Source: Catajapyx aquilonaris (taxonomy: Eukaryota). Taken from it: DNA of 64,000 nucleotides. Numbering within the stretch: the first letter of the stretch is position 1; each line of letters starts with the position of its first letter. Positions 13,575 to 26,684 of this stretch are shown piece by piece. The notes under the pieces were generated by a model. The model did not search any database and was not told where the DNA came from. It worked only from the letters and a program-made list of their open reading frames with translations. Where the stretch lies: NCBI GenBank assembly GCA_000934665.2, contig KZ538081.1:1-64000 (forward strand), written 5' to 3'. The position numbers and the translations under genes were made by a program.

Positions 13575-14343
13575 GTGAGCGCCAAGTAATCAGCCTCCTT
13601 CAAAATAGGCATTTCCCCCCCGAAACCCACCCAAACCCACCCACACAATTGTGGGTGTGGGTGTGGTTTAAAAAAAAATGGGGTCGAGGGCGGTCGAGGG
13701 GGGAACAGCCAAGCAGATGGAGCAAATTGTTGGGACGAACTCTGCATGTGTATTGATACATTGCTGTGGAAAAAAAAATCTCATCTTTTGCAAATGGCCA
13801 GCGTCTGGAATATCCAATCGGTCGCGAAAAAATCTTGGCGAAAATTTGTGCCAAAAATGCACAGGTGATGGTAATGGCCACGTGGATGTTCCAGTGGTTT
13901 GGCATGTAAAAGATGGCTGCTTCATGGTTCCATGCTTAGGAGGACTCGGTGTCGCCCATTTTTTTAAATTTGGAGTGGGGTGTCTGATTTTGGCCAAAAA
14001 ATTTCCCACGATCCGGGTAGGAAAGTCAAATCTTTGAACTTGCGAAATGCAAACGGTTATAATTGGCGACTTTTTAAGTTTGTGTTTGATTTTTTTTTTG
14101 CCACCAAATCTGCCACTCCTAGGTGTGACTTCTGACTTTTGGTGCAATCACGTTTGCTTCAGGTAAACTCTTGCCAACTTTTACTCTGAATTAACCGGGT
14201 TAGCGTCGCGTTACCTAGAACCGATATCATGCTTTGGGCTTGGTTTTATCAACTAAAATTAAGTGAAAATTATTATCTTGGATTAAAGTTTGCAGTAGTT
14301 GGTTTCGTAATTTGCCAAGGTGTGTTTGCTCTAAAAATATATA

Positions 14344-14550
14344 CAGGGTGGTCCAAGTTCAAGTGTCGTTTTATAACGGCGATTAATAGCAGTGATTTTG
14401 CGATGACGTAGCAGCGACGCGTAAAATGTCCCACTTCGGCGCATCTTCGGCGCAATCGAAGTGGGCAATTTTACACGTCGCTGCTACGTCATCGTTAAGC
14501 GCTTCCATTAATCGCCGTTATAAAACGACACTTGAACTTGGACCACCCTG
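14344..14550. mobile_element. Tc1/mariner-type palindromic MITE
   Basis: TA|cagggtggtccaagttcaagtgtcgttttataacggcgattaat ... reverse complement ...caccctg|TA. Confidence 0.85.
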
Positions 14551-14664
14551 TATATAAGCCTGATTCTAAGCAGGTGCTATGAGCGACAAAAAGTAGTGGA
14601 CAGTCACAGAAAAGCTTATTCTCAGTAGATAGTATGATGGTGATATCTATAGATGAGTTTTTTT

Positions 14665-14855
14665 AAACGAGCGCAACCTAGTGCGCATCCACACTCGCGC
14701 AAGTCCATTGTTTCGACAACAACGTTGCCACAGTTACTCCCCAGGGTTCGTTCCAGAGCCTCGGCAACACCGTAAAAGTTGGTCATATTGTTACCGCCTC
14801 AAGAGTAGTGTTGGAAACAATGTGCGCGAACTGTGTTGCGCGATTGCGCTCATTT
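14665..14855. mobile_element. MITE family M2 (TIR tttacgagcgcaaccgagtgcgcacc); other copies at ~20747-21340, 22325-22360, 29798-30075, 42305-42590, 51920-52130, 52885-53630, 54060-54120
   Basis: Shared TIR and internal segments (cacagttcgcgcagc, gcacttatttccaacgctac, cgacgttgccaag) in both orientations. Confidence 0.8.
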
Positions 14856-15295
14856 TAAGAAATTCATCTATAGTGGAATATGTTGTATTGCTTAGTTAAA
14901 ACAATCACCAATTTGGGAAATATGCCGAATCTAAACAAATGGGCATAGGCTCGAAGACTCCTGACCGTGGTGCCAGCTGGCGGCTCGTTTTGTCCGTGCC
15001 TGTTTCCGCGGAGAGAACATCGCATCGTGTATCTTCCTTGCGATGCCCCGTTGCCTCCTGGGATTTTTTATTATATATATATTACAGTGTTGTGTCTTTA
15101 TTGGTACCGTATGTCTTGTGGCTTAGTGCATTGTTCTCTCTCTCTCTGACTCTCCCATTATTTTTTATTCTCTCTTTCTCTCTTTCTCTCTTTCATCCTG
15201 GTCCATTCTGTCCCTTGTGTCTCTCTCTCTTGACACCCCCCCTAAAAAACAACCCCCATCCTCCCGTCTCTTCGCGTGGTTGATTGGCGCATCAG

Positions 15296-15473
15296 GGAAA
15301 GTAGAAAGCTTGCATGTGCATCGTCGAGGGTCCTACCGAGACAGGGAAAGGACTCGTCACCATTCGGTTCAGAGCGGTAGCACTCCTCTGGAGCCGTTTC
15401 CTAGGGATCTGAACGAGTATAGGGACCGATACTTTGCCGTCCGCGCGCGTCTGGGACGCGACTGCACGCCGCC

Positions 15474-15512
<39 letters not shown>

Positions 15513-15927
15513 ACAGCAACAGCAGTGGGCGGCGGAGGAGGAGAAGGCCGGGCGTCCCAGTGCGGCGGGGACGTCGCGGCACTACCCCGCGGACAAGCGT
15601 CGGTACACCGAACGGAGGAAGAAAACGGTGCGGTTTGACTCTGAGGAGTGGGGCGAGGAGAGTGACCCGGATGGGGAGTGGATGGGGCATGACGCCGCCG
15701 CTGCTGGCGCCACCAGCGCGCACCACGTGTCGGCGGCGGCGGCGGCTACGGCGGCTGCGGCGGCCGTCGCCGCCGCCGCAGCAGCACAGCAGCAGCACCA
15801 CCACCACCAACACCGATGGGATCCGGAGCGACAAGGATCGCAGGATTCGCAGACAAGGGACTCGGGTATCGACACGAGTAGTACCTTCACTTCCAGCGAG
15901 GACTCGAATCGGGGCGAATATCCGAAG
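15296..15927 (+). CDS. Rim: Rim alternative exon A2 (GKVESL...Q17...KKTVRFD...RQGSQDSQTRDSGIDTSSTFTSSEDSNRGEYPK)
   Basis: catcag|GG and AAG|gtaacc, phase 1-0. The DSGIDT motif just before the PDZ exon resembles the vertebrate RIM2 alternative segment (DSGVDT). Confidence 0.85.
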
Positions 15928-16345
15928 GTAACCAACGCCATAAGTCACAAAACAATTAGAGATTTAAAAAAAAAACATGGCGATTTTCGTGCTTGTCTAA
16001 TCAGGCTGGGTAGCTAATTGGCCTGCATGGTTCTTAGGGGATAAAGCTCTCGGTATTGCAATAATACAATATGAAAAATAATTAACATTAATCGTGAACT
16101 TTATTTCCAATTGACGATATTATTTAAACTTCGGTCCAATTTGCAACTGGTTGATTAATATTGCTACAGTTAAATGGATTAATAACACTCTAGATGGCAT
16201 CATTTTAATTTCGACTGTACTGTGCGAATAGAAGTCGTCTGTTTGTTGAAAGTCGCAGAAACGTGTGTGGATTTAACAGGAAGTATTGTCACCCTTTCCT
16301 GTATTGAAAAATCCGGCATTGTTTTGGAAAGTGGCTTTTTACAGT

Positions 16346-16500
16346 GTTGGACATTAATCTAGGCATGCTGCTAGCGACATTTTCCGAAGCGGCAGAAGAA
16401 GGAATCTTTTTCGTCCGGCTTGCAGTATCCTTATCTTCGATTCCTTCTTCTGCCGCTTCGGAAAATGTCGCTAGCGGTATGCCTCGATTAATGTCCAACA
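16346..16500. mobile_element. Palindromic MITE-like element (~65-bp arms)
   Basis: tgttggacattaat...gctagcgacattttccgaagcggcagaagaaggaatc and its reverse complement. Confidence 0.75.
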
Positions 16501-17571
16501 ACTGTACAATATTCTCTTCAGCTTGCGGTAAAATATTAGAGCCAAATATTTTAAAATTAATATAAAATATTGGCTTATGTCCTGGACATACAGCAGAAAC
16601 ACTAATTATTGTAAATAAAAGAAAGGTTTCTATAGATAATCCAAAGAAAAGATTTGATCTTGCAGTAATGCTATAGTGAAGACTGAAAATGGTGGTTTTC
16701 TGGCTCATTATGAATCGTTAGGACTAATTGGACTTGATCAGGCGATTGATTAGAAAACTATACCTACTTATAGTGGGTGTAGATAACTTCAAACTATATA
16801 ATAGATTTTTCCTGCATGCCAACGATCTACACCTGAAAACTAGAGCGAATCCAGTATTTCCGGGCAATAGCGCAGTGCTATAATTAGCAACATGAAATAT
16901 AACCTTTAAATATTTTGTTACCAATTATTAGCGGCTGGTGTAGTAGATCCCATAACGCGTTGCATTTCAATCGCTAACAAAATATTATGTTGATGGCAAT
17001 GCCTCGCGTGATAAATATTGTTGTGAAAAGGAAGCTCTTCCGGACTCTCTATAAATACTCGGGCTCGGGGAATAGACTCAATCAACACAAACCACTCTCA
17101 GCTTTCCTATCAATATCACGTCGTGTAATTAAATCGCACCGAGGATATTGGAAGAACAAGTTCTAAGATTATTGAATCAAGACCCTGCTGCGTATATATC
17201 GTTTCCAATATAGCTAAAGGAAGGGGTAAGTTCTGAGCGACAACAACGGGAGAGAAATTATTGGGGGTCGGGATCATATATATAAATGCGTAGATAAATA
17301 CACCCGGGGTCGGAATATGGTAAACAATCACGAGAGACGTTGCATATACACCTCAACCACAAACGTCACGAAAATTTCGTCATTAAATCGGCGTGGAACC
17401 AACATTATTATCGCTTGCCAAAATATAAGATATAGATTAGTGGTTTTTTTTCCACCGACGTTTTAGTTCCATTATGCGAATGAGTAATGACCAAATAATG
17501 CCAGCCTATAGAGAAATCGTCCCACATGAATTTTCAACCTGTTAATTATTATTGTAATTATTGTGTTCATA

Positions 17572-18025
17572 AGTACAAAAGCGGGTTAACATGCTCAACC
17601 GGTTTATCTAGATGTACAAACTGATTAACCTGCTCAACAGGTTTATCTTGATGTACAAACTGGTTAACGTGCTCAACCGGTTTGTCTAGATGTACAAACT
17701 GGTTAACCTGCTCAACCGGTTTGTCTAGATGTACAAACTGGTTAACCTGCTCAACCGGTTTGTCTAGATGTACAAACTGATTAACCTGCTCAACTGGTTT
17801 GTCTAGATGTACAAACTGGTTAACCTGCTCAACCGGTTTGTCTAGATGTACAAACTGGTTAACCTGCTCAACTGGTTTGTCTAGATGTACAAACTGGTTA
17901 ACCTGCTCAACCGGTTTGTCGAGATGTACAAACTGGTTAACCTGCTCAACTGGTTTGTCTAGATGTACAAACTGGTTAACCTGATCAACCAGTTTATCTA
18001 TAGATACACAAATTGGTTAACCTGT
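17572..18025. repeat. 39-bp minisatellite (~11 copies, gatgtacaaactggttaacctgctcaaccggtttgtcta)
   Basis: Direct tandem array. Confidence 0.95.
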
Positions 18026-20362
18026 TAAACTGGTATGTTTTTAAAATCCAGGTTGGTATTTCGTGTGGGACAAGTTCTTATACGCTCGTATGCTTTTTGA
18101 CAATTGTAGAACATGACTGTATTAGATGCTCTTATTTTTTTGCTTAGTCTTCTAGCCCGTTCAGAGTGTGCGCAATGCGCTGTACTGTAGTTGTAGATAG
18201 TGCGCACAGTATATTAATAACAACCTTCAAGCCTTGCTCAGACCGAGGAGGTCATGACTGGTAGAAATTAAAATAGTTGTAGCCTCATTTTTTTCAGCTT
18301 AAAAAAAATCCGGCCTTAGTGGCAGATAGCACCAAGGACTGTTTCAAGTATAATGAGGTATTTTATGCAGGAAGCTGCTAGCATGCTGGAAAATGTTAGG
18401 TTCATTCACTTGACCTTATCGCCCAGGTGAGAGGCCAAATTTAATTGCCATGGTCTGGTGTACTATTAGAGAAGAGAGGAGCTTATTATGGTGAAGTTAA
18501 CCTTTTCATGTTTTTGTTCTGCTCTTTTTTTAAAGTATACATACAATTACTTTGTAACTCGCGTCTAATGTGCGCTGTCAGGTATTTTAATGAATGTACT
18601 TATTTGTCATTTGCATAATTACGATCAGGCATGTGGTCCAGGTATGAGTGGTAATTATTGCGAAAATAAAGTATGACTGTGCACAATTTTTTTTAGTTGA
18701 GGCAAAATATGTCTAATCTGATTTAAACTTTGGTCGTCAATGCAGCGGCGTACAATTATGTTAATTTATTAATTACATCGGTAATGAACATTAAATATAG
18801 AAACCTTGCAGAGGCCAAATTATTTTTAGCCAAAAACGTAGCAGAAAAAGTTCATTACAATTTTGTAAATTAAACATCATTGGGACTGAATTTTTATCAA
18901 TGCTTGCTAAATTGATATTACTCTTTGATGATGACATATCCCGCATTTATACAATACAATCGCTATTTTTATATCCATACGGAGGAGATTCATTTTTTTT
19001 CACGAACTTAACATAGTTATGTGCCTGTTAATGTAAGGCGCAATCTATTAAATAAGTTGATCCGAATTGTAACAAACTTTGTTATTGTAACCTTGATAAA
19101 GTCTCTTAGGCGTTCCAGATGTGCAAGATTATAACGGATATTACTCTTTTCTTTTTTAAAAAAAATGTACATATAAAGAATCGTGTAGTCTGAAGTGGTA
19201 CCTGTCCTTTCCTCTAGTCTATCAGAGATATTTTTTTGCAAAAAACAAAAAAACAAAAAAAGATGCAAAGAGTTTTCTACTTACTAGTCCGCCAGAGAAG
19301 CGTACCATTTATTCATTTATTGCATGATTATGTACTTTTTATGTACTTTACCCCCAACCTCTTCTCCATATTTGTTGTCAGCTACTTCCCTATTTTTTAA
19401 TTATTATAATATAATTATATATGCTGAATGCTCAACTGAAACGCATGAGAGCCTCTTGATATATATTTTTTTCTCTCCAAGGAATTATTTGTTGTCGTAC
19501 ATAGCATGAACTGTATATGCGTGGGTGTTGTAACCTTTTCAAGTTGGCCTATGTAAACTTTTTCCAAAAAAAAAAAAAGAACAACTCGTGTTACCTTTGT
19601 GGTTGAATGTCATGCAAACGTGGGCATGCATTTTTCAAATATTTTTTTTGGTGGTGTACGTTATACGATGAATTATACATAAAGGGAGAGCCATTATTAT
19701 CTCTCGGATTATTTTTAATGTGACTTTGGAAGAAAAAAAAACAGTCACGTTTGAACGCATCAGATAATGATTATTATTATTATTTTTCAAGTGCTGTATG
19801 GAAATTATGAGGTACAAACTGTTGCTTATTTTAATATGAGATAACAATGCTCTTTCGCTTTATTTTGATATTGTTATCACTAGACTATGGCACCAGAGGC
19901 AAGTATTCATCCGATTTAATAATAATTCTTGCCCCAAACTTTTACTGTAACGTGACGTACAGTTCCAGAAGCACTTAATAATTAAATTGCCAATTTAACA
20001 TATCGCGGAAATTAAATAAAGGAGCGGTCCTTGATGCAGTCGTCCACCTACTGCAATGCTAATTTTGTAACACGTACTGGATTAATGACCTGCCGCTTTG
20101 TTTTAATTACAGTATATTCGCAATTGAATTAGAAAAGTGACTGGAACCTGAAATCTATAATTTTCTTCATAAGGTAGAGACATGAATTTACATAACGGCT
20201 CATTGTTTGAGGCTTTAAAAAATATTCGTTAAATGAATCGCAAGTCTAATGATAATGCTGAAGTATTTCAGTTACGTCCAGGATATTACTTATATTCTAT
20301 AACAAAATATATTTTTTTGTGTCCTTCCCTTTTACCCATCATACCCCCTATACCCTTATCAG

Positions 20363-20582
20363 CACCCGGTGTCATGGCAGCCGAGTCCGGACGGGAATCA
20401 GATGATAGGACACATGATTCTCCGCAAGGCCAGCGGAGAAGGGGGCGTTGCATCGTCCAGTTCGGCCATCTTGGGCCTAAAGGTGGTCGGAGGAAAGATC
20501 ATGGAAGGAGGAAGACTCGGGGCCGTCGTCGAGAAGGTCAAGAAGGGAAGCATCGCGGACACCGTCGGACATCTCAGGCCAG
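20363..20582 (+). CDS. Rim: Rim PDZ exon 1 (HPVSWQPSPDGNQMIGHMILRK...LGLKVVGGK...VKKGSIADTVGHLRP)
   Basis: ttatcag|CAC and CCAG|gtcagc, phase 0-1. Canonical RIM PDZ sequence. Confidence 0.96.
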
Positions 20583-20873
20583 GTCAGCGCACGAAAATTG
20601 TTTTTGAAGTATTTTCTGATGCGACCGGGTTGCATGAAGTATAACTGCCCGGCACGACCCTGAGGGTGGCAGTAGTATGCAGAGAGGGCGGGGAGTGCGC
20701 CATCTATGGAGGGATATATGATATTACATTTACAGTTTTGCCTGGTTTCACGAGAGCAACCGAGTGCGCACCACAGTTCGCACAGCCTGCACTGTTGGAA
20801 TTAACAATGATAGCTGGTAAGCTCTCGGTATAGTGCAGCCCACGGACACTACCCCTATCTTCTGGGCTTATCA

Positions 20874-21170
20874 CCTGCCGAGGGGTTTTGCAGCGGGTGC
20901 TCACCTGAGACCGCCACGAGACATTTCCCAGAGCATTAATGTGGCGACCCTACCGGACTAAGGATGAACTTTATAGGTACGAAAGGGAAGCGCTACATGC
21001 TGGCCCAACATGGCCGCCGCGCCGGCGGCCATGTTGGGCCCCCCAATGTAGCCCTCCCCTTTCGTGCCTATAAAGTTCATCCTTAGTCCGGTAGGGTCGC
21101 CACATTAATGCTCTGGGAAATGTCTCGTGGCGGTCTCAGGTGAGCACCCGCTGCAAAACCCCTCGGCAGG
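20874..21170. mobile_element. 297-bp near-perfect palindrome inserted within an M2 MITE
   Basis: The ~100-bp outer arms are exact reverse complements; the centre is ccatgttgggcc / ggcccaacatgg. Confidence 0.85.
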
Positions 21171-21359
21171 GGGTGGGTGGGGAGTGACCTAACCTGAGTC
21201 TTCTACAACCATGGTATAGTGGGTGTACTGGCAAATAAGCGCTGCACTTATTTCCAACGCTACGCTTGAGGGGAAACACAATGGTCGACATTTGCAGCGT
21301 TGCCAAGGCTATCGAACTAACCTCAGAGGCTAAGGGTGTGAATTATTTATTAATTTATT

Positions 21360-21800
21360 ATGTATTTCATCATTATTAATATTTATTGCTCATATTTATT
21401 TCATCATTAGTAATATTTATTACTATATTTATTTCATCATTAGTAATAGTTATTACTATATTTATTTCATCATTAGTAATATTTATTACTATATTTATTT
21501 CATCATTAGTAATAGTTATTACTATATTTATTTCATCATTAGTAATATTTATTACTTATATTATTTATTTCATCATTAGTAATATTTATTACTTATATTA
21601 TTTATTTCGTCATTAGTAATATTTATTACTTATATTATTTATTTCGTCATTAGTAATATTTATTACTTATATTATTTATTTCGTCATTAGTAATATTTAT
21701 TACTTATATTATTTATTTCGTCATTAGTAATATTTATTACTTATTAGTTATATTCCTTATTTCATTATTATTGTTATTATTATTATTATTATTATTATGA
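21360..21800. repeat. AT-rich 33-36-bp tandem repeat
   Basis: tatttatttcatcattagtaatatttattact units. Confidence 0.9.
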
Positions 21801-23327
21801 ATAATATTTATTTATATTATTTATTAAGTACTTATTTGGCAGTTTTATTTTAATTTTATTCAGTTATCATATTCTTATATTATATTCTTATATTATGAAT
21901 TATTTATTATATTTTATTACTTTTATTTATTGTAGTATTATAACTTACACTATTATTTATTATAGTATTACGGTAGTATATATTATTTTTATTGTTTGTT
22001 TATTAATATCATTAAATATTGAGAGGTCCCAGCGGATCAAAAGCAGGTCGTATAATGAGCAGAAACCGATAATTACTTAATTTTCACTGATGCAATCATT
22101 AAACTGTTTACGCCCATGTGTTTCCTCATTGTATCTATACATACACAAATGTGCAATATTAATACCCAATGGCATTAAAATACATAATAATATTGTTGCA
22201 TGTATTTGTGTTAGAGGCCCCATAGTTGATTTTTGATCTGAATGAGACCCTCAATTTATTATTTACGGGTCTTTGGCCCCTGGAGAGTAGATCTGGCAAC
22301 GTTGGTTCCACAACAAGGGAGCTGCGCGAGTGTGGGTGCGCACTCGGTTGTGTCGTTAAAACAATTATTCATCTATAGTCATTAATTTTTTAAAAAACAC
22401 CCTGTATATAGAGTACAGAGGTTGTGTGTATATACGCAATGCCTTGATTGCAGGCTATTACAATGGAGACTGATCTTCCGCAATTCTGTCTCCACACTGG
22501 GCAACGTCATTTTTCATGTGCATTCTCCTGGCGGCGTTGTCAGCTTTACTCTCATTAATCATTTCCAGCGACCGACGCCCGCCTACTTAACTTCTCAAAA
22601 TTCTTCGCTTGTTAACCCCCGTCGCGATGCTTCTCTCTCTAGCTCTTCTCTTCTCTTTTTTTTTCTCTCGCTCTTCATGAATTTTTACACGTCTGCAGCA
22701 CTTAGCGTGAGAGAGAGAGAGAGAGAAAAAGTGTGGAGATCATTAGTGGGCGACCCCAACTATTTTTAGGGAGGGAAAAAAAAAACCCTGATGCTTTTCC
22801 AGGATCTTTACAGGGTGTGAAGTAATTAATAAATGGCGGATGGTTTTTTTTTTCGTCGCGTCCATAACATCTGGCCAAATACCAGCAATCAGAAATGCTG
22901 ATAACACTGTTAACATTTCAAATTGCGACATGTCCAGACATTGAAAGAGCCTGAAATAATTAGAGGAAGTTGCAATTACCTTATTTAGGTACTGCAGTTA
23001 AATTTAAACTCTGACAAGTTGTATAGGAAAATGTCACTAACTAAAAGCAATGATTGGTCCGAATCTTCATTCTTAATTGATAGTTTTAAGTGTAATGTTG
23101 ACTGAATTACTATAAATTACCTTTATGATGAGATCAATATTATACATCCATAAATTGGGATCGCTCTGATCATCATGACGTATTTTTGGGATTTTTTTTT
23201 TTTTTTAAATCCTCGTAACACTATTTGGCTCTCAATGAAAACACCAGCTTATACCTGATAACATTTTGTTTAAAAATCCTATATGAATTAATAGAAGTGA
23301 CAAAAAAGCTGACTTTTGGTTTCGCAG

Positions 23328-23525
23328 GAGACGAAGTGATAGAATGGAACGGACGCTCACTCCAAGGAAAATCTTTCGAAGAAGTCTTCGACATCATTGC
23401 CGAGTCGAAGCAAGAAGCTCAGGTGGAACTGATAGTAGCACGTGATCTGTCCGACGTCCGGCGGATCTCTTCTTCCAAAGAGGACTCTATGAGGCGTTAC
23501 CCTGTCCCTTCCTTTCCCAAAAGAG
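23328..23525 (+). CDS. Rim: Rim PDZ exon 2 (GDEVIEWNGRSLQGKSFEEVFDIIAESKQEAQVELIVAR...)
   Basis: ttcgcag|GA and AGAG|gtgaga, phase 1-1. Confidence 0.96.
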
Positions 23526-26078
23526 GTGAGAGAATGCAGCTTACTTTTTTTTTCTTCTTGTGTATGAACCAAATCCATGCATATCACTACTAAACCCTTT
23601 TTCATATCATATATGTGTAGAATCTGAGCAAAAAAAAACACAACTAAATCTGAGACATTTTTAAGTAATGGGATTCAATCGTTTCAAATTGACGTCAAAA
23701 ATGCAGCATAATTTATAATTAATATTTATATTATTAAATGCGTTTAAATTTTTTGAGGTTATTCGCTCTTTTCGGTGACCTGTAACAAGCAACTGAATTT
23801 TTTCGTCTTCGCAATTTATTGTGTCCTTTTGCTCAGATTATGAAGATCTTTAAGTTTTTGCTTTGGCAGTCCGATTTTTTTAAAATATTTGCGAATTTTT
23901 GAACGTGCACCATTTTATTCTATAAAAAAGTTGCGTATGCTATATGCTTTTTAAAACCCACTCACACTTGCACAATAGCTCCAAGAGTTTAGATTATATT
24001 TAAAAAACCACCGGCGTTTTTTGGCAGTTTTTTACCAGCCTGAGTTATTATCACTGTTTCCCATCAGGGGCGGCTTGTTCTTATATATAATTATACACAC
24101 TCACACACCATAACCCTTCACTTTTTTAATTAAATCGCCCCTTTTCCTATCACCTGCAAGGCTTTATAGAAGACACAAAAAGGAGTCGAAGATTGTCACC
24201 TATGATACCGCAATATTTTTTTAAATCACATAAATATATGGGGACATTTGATAATATCTGTGCGGGTAGAAACAGTTTGCAAATAAAAGCCATTCCGCCA
24301 GTTTCACGTTGGTGTGTCTTTTTTTCCCTACACCGCCTTTTTTCACGTTTTGTGCAGTCAAATTGTTTTTTTTTTTTAACAAAAAAAGGAAGTCTTTTTT
24401 TTTACTGTGGGATCGCTGGGGGATTATAATGGACCAGGTGAATGATAGTTGAGAGAGTGAGAGAGATATAGATCGTCTTGTCCTTTCGGGTTGTTTCTAA
24501 ACTTTTGGAGCTGAGTGTGACAAGACTGCGGGTTGAAAGGTAAATGGTGAGTGTGTTGTGTGCCCTATACATATATGACATATTATACAGTACATTTCAG
24601 GGTAATAAATAAATAAAAGAAATAGTCGTATTTATATGTCCAATGTGAAAGATGTGTTGGATGCTAAACTTACATGAGGTGGTTTTTGATGTAAGGTTTT
24701 GTGCTGTTTCAACAATAAGTAACACAATAATGTGTTTGAAATGCTGGGGGTCATTGCATCGCACAAATTGAGGAAAATATCTACATTAATAATAGATGTT
24801 TCCTTAATTTCGTGTTCGTATACAATTGGCCCTTAATGTTGAATCGATATTTTTGACTTGGTAATAATTATAGCATGTACCGTCTGTAAATATCTTCGCG
24901 TCAATTGTTCATTAATGTCAGTTGCACTAGTGACGATATTCCTTAGACTGCTGTTTACCTGTATTATTACTGAACAGTTTACGTAATTATCATATGCAAT
25001 CAATAACACTGGTAAACATCAGGCCAATGTCATATCTCCAAAAGTGCAACCAGGACTGACATCTAATTGGAATGCAACTCTTTATGACTCAGGTTGTTAC
25101 ACACACACAAAAAAAGATTCATTTACATTACCGTTATTTTCAAAAAAATATCGGCATGTTAATGTACAGAATGCCATATTTTAAATTCTAATGAAATTAT
25201 TCGGTAATTTTGATTGTAAGTTTCATTATCTGCCTTTACCCCACTAGTAAAATCTTGAAAGCGTGTAATATTGGTAAAGTATGTGTGCCGAAATAATTCA
25301 TATAGTGTTTCCCTCACTTTCATTGTAATTTATTTTACTTTCGTGAATTACGCGCTTAATTGTTTTAAAAAATCCCTCAGTGTTTTATGTATTGTGTAAG
25401 AGTGACCTGCTGTGTGTTTCTTGCTTGCCTCCGCGTAACTTGTGCTAGAAATATTAAGCTATCCACGTAAATGATTTCCACTAAATGTTGGCTACTTAAT
25501 CCCGGTTGCATGAATAAAAATTAAGGGAAAACTATACATTATTCACCAGCAAGGTGAGAGAAAGTGTCCCATTATGTATGAAACGCATGCAATAATATTT
25601 GTTTTAAATGCACGATGTCTTATAATACCATACAATTGATGGTCCTAAGAAAAATTTCAAAATGTGTGTAAAGAAAGGTAACATTGGGACAATCTCAAAT
25701 TAATGTGGAATATCATGTTTCATTATGTAAAAAATAAGTACATGCATGTTATACATAATCTAAGATATTTTCTCGTGTGTTTTCCGTGGCCATACATAAT
25801 AATGACAAATAATTGTATTTTTCCCTAGCAGAAATTGGATGGAGAGTCAACGTGCCCAAAAAAAATGAAGACATGAAATGCAGAACGATTAGAGTCACAT
25901 TTGAATTATTTCGAGATGTGCATGAATTTGAAATATTTCATTAATGTTCAAACTGACTTTACAACTAGCACATGCCTTACATGTGACACTGATTGTTATG
26001 TATTTCAGGTCTTGAATTAATTAGAGCCGATTTTAAGGCGTGTGTCGATTACCTTATTTTCGTGACATGTTTTTGTAG

Positions 26079-26331
26079 AGAGCTACGAGGCTCGTAAGCT
26101 GGGGGAGAACATGAGGCCTAGTGTGACTGTGACCTCTCCGACCTCCCCTGACCCAACCCGTCTCCGAGCAGCCTCACCTCGGATGGCGGGAAGGATCCAG
26201 GTCAAACTCTGGTTCGACTCCTCCGCCCTTCAACTGGTGGTCACCGTGGTCAGGGCCGCTGACCTGCCTTGCCGACCCGGAGGTCACCTCAGAAACCCAT
26301 ATGCCAAGCTTTTCTTGCTACCAGACAGAAG
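26079..26331 (+). CDS. Rim: Rim exon: RPSVTVTSP linker and start of C2A (GRIQVKLWFD...RNPYAKLFLLPDR)
   Basis: ttttgtag|AG and AGAAG|gtttgt, phase 1-2. Confidence 0.94.
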
Positions 26332-26446
26332 GTTTGTATATCTTGCGCTGTTTAAAAAATATATTATATCGGATGCAGTTACGCCTCTTTTTGTGTGCAT
26401 ATATAAACCTTATTTTATTCCAACCTCTGTTATTTTTCCGTTGCAG

Positions 26447-26612
26447 TGAGAAGTCCAAAAGGAGGACTAAAACTATGGGGGCGACCTGTGATCCACATTG
26501 GAATCAAACCTTTCTTTACGCTCCTTTTCGGAGGGCGGAACTCAAAGCGAGACACCTGGAGATGACCGTATGGGACTATGACAGATATGGGTCCAATGAA
26601 TTTTTAGGAGAG
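26447..26612 (+). CDS. Rim: Rim C2A exon (SEKSKRRTKT...LEMTVWDYDRYGSNEFLGE)
   Basis: ttgcag|T and GAG|gtcagt, phase 2-0. Confidence 0.96.
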
Positions 26613-26684
26613 GTCAGTTTATAGCCCAATAATTATATTTCAGAATAATATTCTTGACAACCTTGCAAAATAATAGCTGGTCAC

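Noticed and set aside
17572..18025. Regular 39-bp repeats as a CRISPR array
   Set aside because: Repeats are head-to-tail with no unique spacers, there are no cas genes, and the context is a eukaryotic intron. It is a minisatellite.
24370..24553. Tandem donors (AAG|gtaaat, ATG|gtgagt) as an internal first exon before C2A
   Set aside because: The ATG donor is phase 0 and the next exon is phase 1. A non-coding first exon using ATG 26111 is possible but has no other support.
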